Source: Burkholderiales bacterium
GTDB taxonomy: Bacteria > Pseudomonadota > Gammaproteobacteria > Burkholderiales > Ga0077523
NCBI GenBank assembly: GCA_036771335.1
Contig: DAIPHN010000001.1
Location: 1-52,877, forward strand
Length of the DNA: 52,877 nt
Direction: 5' to 3'
Shown here piece by piece: positions 16,089 to 24,049 of the stretch (position 1 is its first letter; every line of letters starts with the position of its first letter). The translations under genes and the position numbers were made by a program. The notes beneath the pieces are model-generated. The model was not told where the DNA came from and ran no database searches. It was given only the letters and a program-made list of their open reading frames with translations.

Positions 16089-16220
16089 AAGGGGGGCGGC
16101 GCTAAGGGGCATTTGCAGCGCTTGCCGGGATCCGCGCCACGGCCCGCGCATATGTGCCAGGAGAGATACGACAGCGGTGTCGCCGTTACCGGCACGCGGG
16201 TTCGGCCAGCGGTTCCCGGC

Positions 16221-16256
16221 AGTACCGGCGGTACCGGTGGTACCGTGGGTTACGCT
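16221..16256 (+). repeat. Four tandem 9-mers (AGTACCGGC GGTACCGGT GGTACCGTG GGTTACGCT) inside repeat C
   Basis: Read directly from the sequence. The region has three KpnI-like GGTACC cores. Confidence 0.8.
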
Positions 16257-16321
16257 GATCCTGAGCCAAGCGGCGTTGAATGGTCACTGCGGAGGAGGAT
16301 GCCGGGCGCGGCTGGGCAAGG

Positions 16322-16350
16322 TTGACCGTGCGAGGCACGGTGAATAGAGT
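16322..16350 (+). promoter_or_regulatory. Sigma70-like promoter inside repeat C (TTGACC - 17 nt - TAGAGT), facing the SNF2/SWIM operon
   Basis: The -35 is at 16322-16327 and the -10 at 16345-16350. The architecture matches the promoter in copy A. Confidence 0.5.
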
Positions 16351-16702
16351 CCAGGGATGCGGGAACTTCAGCTCGAACTCCCTCTTTACCGCTGCCATGC
16401 CAGCCGGCCCAAAGTGGCGCGTTTACTCGCGTTGCGGGGCAAGGGGGCGACCTGAGCGATGCAACGTCGACCGTCCGTCGGCAGCCTGGCCGGGCGATCG
16501 AATGGCGCATGCGCTGCCTGGAACGCGGGGGCGGGCAGGTCTGTTGTGCAACGGGCGGGTTGCGCCACGCCACGGAGCGATCCGTCCGGGCATCATTCCC
16601 GTCTTCCGCCGCGCCAGTTCTCCCCCCTGGCGTCCTCTGGAGCGCCGATGATGCTGCCGGAATCATGCGACGGGAGCGCCTGCCGCTGTTTCCCGGTGAA
16701 GC

Positions 16703-19438
16703 ATGGGAAGCGTTGCCGGGGGGCGAATGGCGATGACGGCCGCAGCCGCGAAGGGGCGCCTCACCCCGGTGCTCACACCCCACGGTCGTCTTGCTGTTGT
16801 CCCGCAGGACGATGCCGCGGCGCTCGAACCGTTTCTCGCGGCGAGGATCCGCGAGGCGTTCGACCGCGGCAGTGGTCACGGAATCCTGCATCTCGGCGCA
16901 GCCGAGGTAGGTCAGGTCTTGCCACCCGCGTTCACTTACTGGCAAGAGCTCGGCGTGCGCTTCGTGACCGCGCTTTGCACGAGACCGGACATCAAGGAGC
17001 GCGAGACCCAGCTTCCCGCGCCCCCGGACGATCTGAACACGCTTGCCGCCGCATCGCCCATGATGCCGGGCGCCGAGTACCTGACAGCCGATGTGCTTCG
17101 GGGCCTCTGGGCCGACCTCGGCGAAGCCTTCGCTGCCGAGCACTCACGATCGAAGCTCGCGCTCCCGGACTTCCTGAAGCGGCTGAATCCCGCCTGGAAC
17201 GTGGTCGGTCGCGTGTATTTCAATCTCGCTGAAAACCCCAAGGACGAGCAGGCACCGTTCGCCTTCCTCGCCACCTACACCCATCGGCTCTCGATCCACG
17301 GAAAGGCGCAGCACCTGCCGCTCGGTCACGCCCTGCGCCAGTATTCATCCTCCGCCAACAAGGACAAGCTCCTGTCGCTACTCCTGCCGGTGCAGCGCGC
17401 GGCCGGTCACTGCCCCTGGCTTAGGGAGATGGTCGATTCCGGCGAGATTTTCCATCCGCTTCGATGGTCGCCTCAGGAGGCGTTCCAGCTGCTCGGGGAT
17501 GTGACGCTGTTGGAGCATGCCGGGATCATGATCCGTATGCCGGCGCGCTGGCGCGCGGGACGACCGGTGAGGCCTCAGGTGGCAGCCACGGTCGGAGCCC
17601 AAGCGCCATCATCGCTGGGTACCGATGCGTTACTCGACTTCCACATGGAGGCCACTCTCGACGGCCAGACGCTCACGCGGGCCGAGCTGAAGCAGCTCCT
17701 CGCTGGCGCGAGCGGTCTCGCGCTGATTCGGGGCCAGTGGGTCGAGGTCGACCGCGAGCGGCTGGCGCGGATGATGGACCGCTTCCAGAGAGTCGAGCGG
17801 CTCGCGGCCGAGGGCGGCCTGTCATTCGCCGAGGCCGTGGGCATGCTCGCCGGCGCGGCGCTGGGAAAGGGTGCGGCAGCCACCCCGGATGATCCCGACT
17901 GGTCTAGGGTGGTCGCCGGCCCCTGGCTTGCCGACACCCTCAGGGCGCTGCGTTCGCCCGACGGGCTCGCCAAGGTCAGTCCGGGCCGTGAACTCAAGGG
18001 CACGTTGCGTCCCTACCAGGAGGTGGGAGTGCGCTGGCTGAATCTGCTGTCGCGTCTCGGGCTCGGTGCATGCCTCGCGGACGACATGGGCCTCGGGAAG
18101 ACCATCCAGGTGCTCTCGCTGCTTCTCGTGCTGCGCCGAACGCAGCGCGATTCCGCGCGGCCCAGCATTCTGGTGGCGCCGGCCTCGCTGCTCGCCAACT
18201 GGGCGGCCGAAATCGAGCGTTTCGCACCGACGCTGAAGGCGATGATCGCGCACACTTCGGCCATGACCGGTAACCAGCTGAAATCCGCCGAAACCGCGCG
18301 CCTGGATGGCATCGATCTCGTGATCACGAGCTACGGTTCGCTGCTGCGCGTCCCCTGGTTCACGGCGACGCAATGGCGCCTGGCGGTGCTCGATGAGGCC
18401 CAGGCCATCAAGAACCCGCACGCCAGGCAGACGCTAGCAGCGAAAAGACTCGCAGCGCGGGCGCGTATCGCGCTCACCGGCACGCCCATCGAAAACCGTC
18501 TCGGCGACCTGTGGTCGATCTTCGACTTCATCAATCCGGGCCTGCTCGGCTCGGCCAAGACCTTCACGAACTACACCAAGGGCCTGGCCGGAAAGCCGAA
18601 CCCTTACGGCCCGCTGCGCGAGCTCGTGCGGCCGTACATACTGCGCCGGCTCAAGACCGACCGCAGCGTCGTCGCTGACCTGCCCGACAAGACCGAAGTC
18701 AAGGCGTTCTGCCAGCTCACCCGCGGGCAGGCGGCGCTCTACCAGCAGGCGGTCGAGGCGCTGGCCGAGCAGCTTGACGACGCCGAGGGCATCAAGCGCC
18801 GGGGGCTGGTGCTCGCGTTCTTGATGCGCTTCAAGCAGATCTGCAACCACCCCTCGCAGTGGCTGGGTGACGGGGCGTGGGCCGAGAACGATAGCGGCAA
18901 GTGGACCCGCTTGCGCGAGCTGGGCGAGGTGATCGCCGCGAAGCAGGAGAAGGTGCTTGTGTTCACCCAGTTCCGCGAGATCACTGCGCCGCTCGCGGCG
19001 TTCCTCGGCGGTGTGTTCGGCCGGCCCGGGCTGGTGTTGCACGGCGAGACGGGGATCAAGAGACGCCGGGCGCTGGTCATGCAGTTCCAGGAGGATGAGT
19101 CGGTGCCGTTCTTCATCCTGTCGCTCAAGGCTGGCGGGTCAGGCCTGAACCTCACGGCGGCCTCGCACGTAATTCACTTTGACCGCTGGTGGAACCCGGC
19201 GGTGGAGAATCAGGCTACGGACCGCGCGTTTCGCATCGGGCAAGCGAAGAACGTGCTGGTCCACAAGTTCATCTGCCGGGGCACGGTCGAGGAAAGGATC
19301 GACGAGCTAATCGAGTCGAAGAAGCAGCTCTCGCAGGAGCTGCTCGAAGGCGGCGCAGAGCTGAACCTGACGGAGATGAAGGACGAAGATCTGATCAGGC
19401 TCGTCGCGCTGGATTTCAACGCCGCGATTGAGGAGTAA
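16703..19438 (+). CDS. SNF2-family helicase/ATPase with a long bacterial-type N-terminal extension
   Basis: LADDMGLGKT (motif I), DEAQAIKN (II), LTGTPIENRL, FILSLKAGGSGLNLT and QATDRAFRIGQ (VI) are present. The start could instead be ATG 16727. Confidence 0.9.
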   Translation: MGSVAGGRMAMTAAAAKGRLTPVLTPHGRLAVVPQDDAAALEPFLAARIREAFDRGSGHGILHLGAAEVGQVLPPAFTYWQELGVRFVTALCTRPDIKERETQLPAPPDDLNTLAAASPMMPGAEYLTADVLRGLWADLGEAFAAEHSRSKLALPDFLKRLNPAWNVVGRVYFNLAENPKDEQAPFAFLATYTHRLSIHGKAQHLPLGHALRQYSSSANKDKLLSLLLPVQRAAGHCPWLREMVDSGEIFHPLRWSPQEAFQLLGDVTLLEHAGIMIRMPARWRAGRPVRPQVAATVGAQAPSSLGTDALLDFHMEATLDGQTLTRAELKQLLAGASGLALIRGQWVEVDRERLARMMDRFQRVERLAAEGGLSFAEAVGMLAGAALGKGAAATPDDPDWSRVVAGPWLADTLRALRSPDGLAKVSPGRELKGTLRPYQEVGVRWLNLLSRLGLGACLADDMGLGKTIQVLSLLLVLRRTQRDSARPSILVAPASLLANWAAEIERFAPTLKAMIAHTSAMTGNQLKSAETARLDGIDLVITSYGSLLRVPWFTATQWRLAVLDEAQAIKNPHARQTLAAKRLAARARIALTGTPIENRLGDLWSIFDFINPGLLGSAKTFTNYTKGLAGKPNPYGPLRELVRPYILRRLKTDRSVVADLPDKTEVKAFCQLTRGQAALYQQAVEALAEQLDDAEGIKRRGLVLAFLMRFKQICNHPSQWLGDGAWAENDSGKWTRLRELGEVIAAKQEKVLVFTQFREITAPLAAFLGGVFGRPGLVLHGETGIKRRRALVMQFQEDESVPFFILSLKAGGSGLNLTAASHVIHFDRWWNPAVENQATDRAFRIGQAKNVLVHKFICRGTVEERIDELIESKKQLSQELLEGGAELNLTEMKDEDLIRLVALDFNAAIEE

Positions 19439-19441
19439 GGC

Positions 19442-20374
19442 ATGGGATACCACAATGGTTATGGCTTTCCTCGCTACGTGTCCGTCGCCGAGGGGCGTCG
19501 CAAGGCCGCGCGCGAGTTGCGACAGATCGAGAAGAAGGGCCATTCCACCTCCCCGGTGGTGATCGAGGGCCACACCATCGCCAGCACGTTCTGGGGCAAG
19601 GCCTGGTGCGAGAATCTGCGCCGTTACAGCGACTTCTCGAACCGCCTGCCGCGTGGGCAAACCTATTTGCGCCATGGCGCGGTCGTCGATTTGCAGATCG
19701 CGGCTGGCAAGGTCACAGCGCTTGTCGCCGGCTCCAGCCTCTACAGGGTGGCTGTGAAGGTGTCGGCCGTGCCACAGGTGCGCTGGGCCTCGATCTGTAC
19801 CGACTGCGTGGACGGGATCGAATCGTTGGTTGATCTGCTGCAGGGCCGCCTGTCCCGGAGCGTGATGGCGCGCCTTTGCCAGCGGGAGCGCGGGCTTTTC
19901 CCTGCGCCCGCCGAATTGGAGTTCTCCTGCAGTTGCCCTGACTGGGCCTCCATGTGCAAGCACGTAGCGGCGGTGTTCTACGGCATCGGTGCGCGGCTCG
20001 ACAAACAGCCCGAGCTGCTCTTCAAGCTGCGCAAGGTCGACGAGAGGGACCTCATCGCCAAGGCGGGCAGGGGGCTGCCGCTGGCGAAGCGGCGGCCGTC
20101 CTCGGACAGGATCCTGGCGGCCCCTGGCCTCTGCGAATTGTTCGGCCTGGAGCTGGGCGCCCTGCCCAGCGAGACTGCGGTGGAGGCCGCGCCAGCGCCG
20201 GAAAAGGCCGCCCGTGCCCGTCGCGTGGCGAAGTCCCGGGCAGACCCCGCGGCGCTCGCACCGCCAGCAAAGGCCGCGATGCGTCCAGCGTCCACGGGTG
20301 CGAAAGCGAAGCCGCCGAAAGCAAAGGCAGAAGCTGGGGTAAGCGCCAGGAAGAGCAGGACCGTGAAGCGGTGA
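19442..20374 (+). CDS. SWIM zinc-finger protein with a Lys/Ala/Pro-rich basic C-terminal tail
   Basis: The SWIM CxCx(n)CxH signature is FSCSCPDWASMCKHVAA. GGAG lies upstream of an ATG placed 3 nt after the SNF2 stop. The tail is AKAKPPKAKAEAGVSARKSRTVKR. Confidence 0.9.
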   Translation: MGYHNGYGFPRYVSVAEGRRKAARELRQIEKKGHSTSPVVIEGHTIASTFWGKAWCENLRRYSDFSNRLPRGQTYLRHGAVVDLQIAAGKVTALVAGSSLYRVAVKVSAVPQVRWASICTDCVDGIESLVDLLQGRLSRSVMARLCQRERGLFPAPAELEFSCSCPDWASMCKHVAAVFYGIGARLDKQPELLFKLRKVDERDLIAKAGRGLPLAKRRPSSDRILAAPGLCELFGLELGALPSETAVEAAPAPEKAARARRVAKSRADPAALAPPAKAAMRPASTGAKAKPPKAKAEAGVSARKSRTVKR

Positions 20375-20383
20375 GCGCGCCCG

Positions 20384-20533
20384 CCCGGGAGGAAGGGGCA
20401 CGGGCGTTCATCCTCACGCCGGATCCGGGAGATCCGTCGGCCTTCCCGGCCCTAGGGGCTCCGTGGGAGAGCCGGTTACGCGGCAAGGCGGGGTCCCGCG
20501 CCCGCCAGCGCAAGTCCTGCCTCGCCCAGTCCG
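20384..20533 (+). repeat. Repeat copy F (partial), abutting the 3' end of greB
   Basis: GATCCGGGAG at 20422-20431 is identical to A 6707-6716. CCTTCCCGGCC, AGGGGC and CCGGTTACGC (20472-20481) are collinear with A and C, with an internal deletion. Confidence 0.45.
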
Positions 20534-21088
20534 TCAGTCGATGGCCCGATAGGCGACCGACTGGATTTCCAGCACCTCCTCGCCCGCTGGCGTGCGCAGC
20601 GCCACGCTGTCGCCTTCGCGTGCCTTGATGAGGGCGCGGGCCAGGGGCGAGATCCAGCTGATGCGCCCCCGGGCGGCGTCGGCTTCGTCGATGCCCACGA
20701 TGGCGTAGGTGGCTTCGCGGCCGTCGCTGCGGGTCACGGTGACGGTGGCGCCGAAGAACACCTGGTCGGTGGGCTCGCGGGCGGCGGGGTCCACCACTTC
20801 CGCGGCGTCCAGGCGGCGGGTGAGGAAACGGATGCGCCGGGCGATCTCTCGCAGGCGGCGCTTGCCGTAGATGTAGTCGGCGTTCTCGGAACGGTCGCCG
20901 TTGGAGGCGGCCCAGGCGATCACGCGGGTGAGCTCGGGGCGCTCCTTGTCGAGCAGTTGCAGCGCTTCGGTCTTGAGGCGGGCGTAGCCCGAGGGCGTGA
21001 TGTAGTTCTTGGTGCCCGCGGGCAGGGGCGAGGGCTCGTCGACCTCGTCGTCTTCCTGCTCGGTTTCGCGGGTGAAGGCCTTGCTCAT
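20534..21088 (-). CDS. greB: Transcript cleavage factor GreB
   Basis: NYITPSGYARLKTE, SNGDRSENADYIYGKRRLREI and ISWISPLARALIKAREGD are present. I chose the Met at MSKAFTRE as the start. Confidence 0.9.
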   Translation of the reverse strand: MSKAFTRETEQEDDEVDEPSPLPAGTKNYITPSGYARLKTEALQLLDKERPELTRVIAWAASNGDRSENADYIYGKRRLREIARRIRFLTRRLDAAEVVDPAAREPTDQVFFGATVTVTRSDGREATYAIVGIDEADAARGRISWISPLARALIKAREGDSVALRTPAGEEVLEIQSVAYRAID

Positions 21089-21192
21089 GGCGTGGGCGCT
21101 GCTGGGGCTGCGGGAGTGGGCAAAGCAGTATAGCGGCGCCTGTGCGGGGGTAGAATCCGCCGCTTTCGCTGCAACCAACAAGGAGCATCGCC

Positions 21193-21720
21193 ATGACGAT
21201 TCAGGTGGGTGACCGGCTGCCGGCCGGAACGCTGTACGAGTACATCGAGGTGGCCACCGAGGGTTGCCCCGTGGGTCCGGCCGCGGTGGAAGTGGACCAG
21301 GCCGCGGCGGGCAAGAAGATCGCCCTGTTCGGACTGCCTGGCGCCTTCACGCCCACCTGCTCGGCCAAGCACCTGCCGGGTTACATCGAGCACTACGACG
21401 CGCTGCGCAAGGCCGGTTTCGACGAGATCTGGTGCCTGTCGGTGAACGACGCCTTCGTCATGGGCGCCTGGGGCCGCGAGCAGGGTACCCAGGGCAAGGT
21501 GCGCATGCTGGGCGACGGGTCAGCCACCTTCACCAAGGCGCTGGGCCTGGCGCTGGATCTGGAGTCGCGCGGCTTCGGCACGCGCATGCAGCGCTTCTCC
21601 GCCATCGTGGTGGATGGCGTGGTGAAGGCTCTCAACGTGGAGGAGGGCGGCAAGTTCGAGGTCTCCGACGCCGAGACCCTGCTCAAGCAGGCGGAGAAGG
21701 CCATCAACTACCTGCCGTGA
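21193..21720 (+). CDS. Peroxiredoxin, Prx5-like
   Basis: LFGLPGAFTPTCS is the peroxidatic Cys motif. The length is 175 aa. Confidence 0.9.
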   Translation: MTIQVGDRLPAGTLYEYIEVATEGCPVGPAAVEVDQAAAGKKIALFGLPGAFTPTCSAKHLPGYIEHYDALRKAGFDEIWCLSVNDAFVMGAWGREQGTQGKVRMLGDGSATFTKALGLALDLESRGFGTRMQRFSAIVVDGVVKALNVEEGGKFEVSDAETLLKQAEKAINYLP

Positions 21721-21726
21721 GGCACA

Positions 21727-21746
21727 CCCGGGGCGCGTGCCCCGGG
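21727..21746. terminator. GC hairpin between the convergent peroxiredoxin and hydrolase genes
   Basis: CCCGGGGC / GCGT / GCCCCGGG. Confidence 0.35.
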
Positions 21747-21750
21747 GACG

Positions 21751-22539
21751 TCACAGAAACGCGCGCAGGGTGTCCAGCACCTCGTCGGGCTTCTCGGCCA
21801 TGAGCGCGTGGCCGCTGCCGGCGATCTCCACGGTGCGCACCGCGGGCAGCGCAGCGGCAATGGCCTGAGCGGCGCGCGGCGGTGTCATCATATCGCGCCG
21901 GCCGACGATCATCAGCGCCGGGCACTTCACCGCCCTGGCGGCCGCTTCGCCGTTGGCGTAGGCGTTGCAGGCGGCGAAGTCCACGTGCATCACGCCGGGC
22001 CGCTGGCGCTGCATCAGCCGAAGCCCCTCGCCCATCACCCAGAAGCCCGGGCCCGGGTTGCTGGGGTAATGGGCGATGGCGGCATGGGACCAGATGTTCA
22101 CCATGTCCTGGGCGCGCGGTTCGTCGTCGCGGGTGGCTGTGAGCAGCTCGTCGGACACCTTCATGGGAAAGGCGCTGCCCAGCAGCGCGATCTTTGCGAC
22201 CCGCGCCGGGTGGCGCGCGGCGCACTCGATGGCCACCAGGGAACCCATGCTGTGGCCCACCAGCGCCGCGGCCTTCACGCCGGCTGCGTCGAGAACCGCG
22301 GGAATCCCGTCGGCGATGGCCTCCACGCTCGCCAGCGGCGCACCACCGGAGCGGCCGTGGCCAGGCAGGTCAAGGGCGAGCACCCCGAAGCCGTGATGGG
22401 CAAGGTAGCGGCTCTGCAGTACCCACACGCTGTGATCGTTTTCCGCGCCGTGCACGAACACCACGCAGGGCAGGGCGGCATCGAAGGTCTTGCCGCCACT
22501 GTAGGCGTAGACGGCGGCGCCGTTGACGTTGAGTTCCAT
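21751..22539 (-). CDS. Alpha/beta-fold hydrolase
   Basis: VVFVHGAENDHSVW, the GHSMGS nucleophile elbow and a C-terminal GSGHALMAEKPDE are present. It starts 4 nt after metY. Confidence 0.85.
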   Translation of the reverse strand: MELNVNGAAVYAYSGGKTFDAALPCVVFVHGAENDHSVWVLQSRYLAHHGFGVLALDLPGHGRSGGAPLASVEAIADGIPAVLDAAGVKAAALVGHSMGSLVAIECAARHPARVAKIALLGSAFPMKVSDELLTATRDDEPRAQDMVNIWSHAAIAHYPSNPGPGFWVMGEGLRLMQRQRPGVMHVDFAACNAYANGEAAARAVKCPALMIVGRRDMMTPPRAAQAIAAALPAVRTVEIAGSGHALMAEKPDEVLDTLRAFL

Positions 22540-22543
22540 GGGC

Positions 22544-23839
22544 TCAGGCCTTCTGCGAGGCGCGCAGGGCGCCGGAGAGGTCGTCCATGAGGTCTTGCGG
22601 ATCTTCCAGGCCCACCGACAGGCGGATGGTGCCCGGGCCGATGCCGGCGGCGCGCAGCGCCTCGTCGTCCATGCGGAAGTGGGTGGTGCTGGCGGGGTGG
22701 ATCACCAGCGACTTGGCGTCGCCCACGTTGGCCAGGTGCGAGAACACCTTGAGCGATTCGATCAACCTGCGCCCCGCCGGCCGCCCGCCCTTGATCTCGA
22801 AGGTGAACACCGCGCCGCAGCCGCGCGGCAGCAACCGCTTCGCCAGCGCATGGTCGGGGTGCGAGGGCAGTTCGGGATAGCTCACCGCCTGCACCGCCGG
22901 GTGCGCGGCCAGGAACTCCACCACCTTGCGGGTGTTGGCCACGTGGCGCTCCATGCGCACGCCGAGGGTTTCCACGCCCTGCAAGATCTGGAACGCCGTG
23001 GCGGGCGCCATGCAGGCGCCGAAGTCGCGCAGCCCCTCGCGGCGCGCGCGCAACGAAAAGGCCGCCACGGTGGACTCCTCCTGGAAGTCCATGCCGTGGA
23101 AGCCCTCGTAGGGCTCGGTGAGTTCGGGGAAGCGGCCCGAGGCCTCCCAGTCGAAGCGCCCGCCATCCACCAGCACCCCGCCGATGGCCACGCCGTGGCC
23201 GCCGAGGAACTTGGTGGCCGAGTGCATGAGCAGGTCGGCGCCCAGCTCCAAGGGCCTCATGAGGTAGGGCGTGGTGAAGGTGGAGTCGAGGAACAGCGGC
23301 AGCCCGACGGCGTGGGCGATGTCGGCCACGGAGGGTACGTCCAGCACGTCGAGGCCCGGGTTGCCGAGCGTCTCGGCGTACAGCACCCGGGTGGTCGGGC
23401 GGATGGCGGCGCGCCAGGCGTCCGGGTCGCGCGGATTCACGAAAGTGGTGTCGATGCCGAAGCGCCGCAAGGTGTAGTGCAGCAGGTTGTGCGAGCCCCC
23501 GTACAGCGAGCGGCTGGCCACCACGTGGCATCCGGCGCCGGCGATGGTGGCCAGGCCCAGGTGCAGCGCCGCCTGGCCGCTGGCGGTGGCCAGCCCCGCC
23601 ACGCCGCCCTCCAGGGCCGCCATGCGCTCCTCGAGCACCGCCACGGTGGGGTTGGAGATGCGCGAGTACACGTGACCGGCGCGCTCCATGTTGAACAGCG
23701 CCGCAGCGTGGTCGGTGTCGCGGAACACGAAGGACGTGCTCTGAAAGATGGGAACGGCGCGAGCCCCGGTGGTCGGGTCGGGCTGCTGCCCGGCGTGCAG
23801 GGCGAGGGTGTCGAAGCCGGGGTAGCGGGGGCCTGCCAT
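22544..23839 (-). CDS. metY: O-acetylhomoserine aminocarboxypropyltransferase (sulfhydrylase)
   Basis: FDTLALHAGQ, YSRISNPT and HSATKFLGGHG (PLP Lys) are present. The length is 431 aa. Confidence 0.92.
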   Translation of the reverse strand: MAGPRYPGFDTLALHAGQQPDPTTGARAVPIFQSTSFVFRDTDHAAALFNMERAGHVYSRISNPTVAVLEERMAALEGGVAGLATASGQAALHLGLATIAGAGCHVVASRSLYGGSHNLLHYTLRRFGIDTTFVNPRDPDAWRAAIRPTTRVLYAETLGNPGLDVLDVPSVADIAHAVGLPLFLDSTFTTPYLMRPLELGADLLMHSATKFLGGHGVAIGGVLVDGGRFDWEASGRFPELTEPYEGFHGMDFQEESTVAAFSLRARREGLRDFGACMAPATAFQILQGVETLGVRMERHVANTRKVVEFLAAHPAVQAVSYPELPSHPDHALAKRLLPRGCGAVFTFEIKGGRPAGRRLIESLKVFSHLANVGDAKSLVIHPASTTHFRMDDEALRAAGIGPGTIRLSVGLEDPQDLMDDLSGALRASQKA

Positions 23840-24049
23840 GGGAGATCGCCTTGGTGAATGCGAATGGGGAGCGCACTGACGCGTCCGAAGGCCCCGATTC
23901 TAAGGGATCGGGCTTCAAGGGCCGCAGGGCCGTGGCGATGGGTTTGCACGCCTGGCCGGATACGTTTATATTCGAACGTATATAACGAAATCCTCTCGCA
24001 ATCGGCCTTGCTGGCCGGGCCGTCATTCAAGGACATCGCCATTTCTACT

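Larger units (their letters stand above)
16113..16400 (+). repeat. Repeat copy C (full length, promoter intact, contains internal duplications)
   Basis: TGCAGCGC at 16114-16121, CAGCGGTTCCCGGCAG, GGTTACGCTGATCC, GCGGAGGAGGA and GGTTGACCG blocks are collinear with copies A and B. Confidence 0.7.
1545..20533. other. Accessory (island-like) region bounded by core genes, subdivided by five same-orientation repeat copies
   Basis: GC is lower and patchier by eye than in the flanks. It contains gene remnants (VapC-like, SDR-like, a degenerate ORF) and unrelated self-contained modules. Repeat copies sit at both edges and at three internal junctions. Confidence 0.5.

Noticed and set aside
16459-17232. 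Track ORFs in the SNF2 leader (for example 16459-17232 and 16509-16736) could be upstream regulatory ORFs.
   Set aside because: Their translations are Arg/Cys/Pro-rich and nonsensical. They overlap the SNF2 coding frame out of phase and have no SD.
23840-24049. A SAM or SAH riboswitch could lie in the metY leader. The AT-rich near-palindrome TACGTTTATATTCGAACGTATATAACG (about 23961-23987) could be a regulator site.
   Set aside because: The leader lacks the conserved cores I remember for SAM-II, SAM-SAH or SAH elements. The AT-rich patch is plausibly just the divergent -10 region, and the inverted repeat is offset and imperfect.
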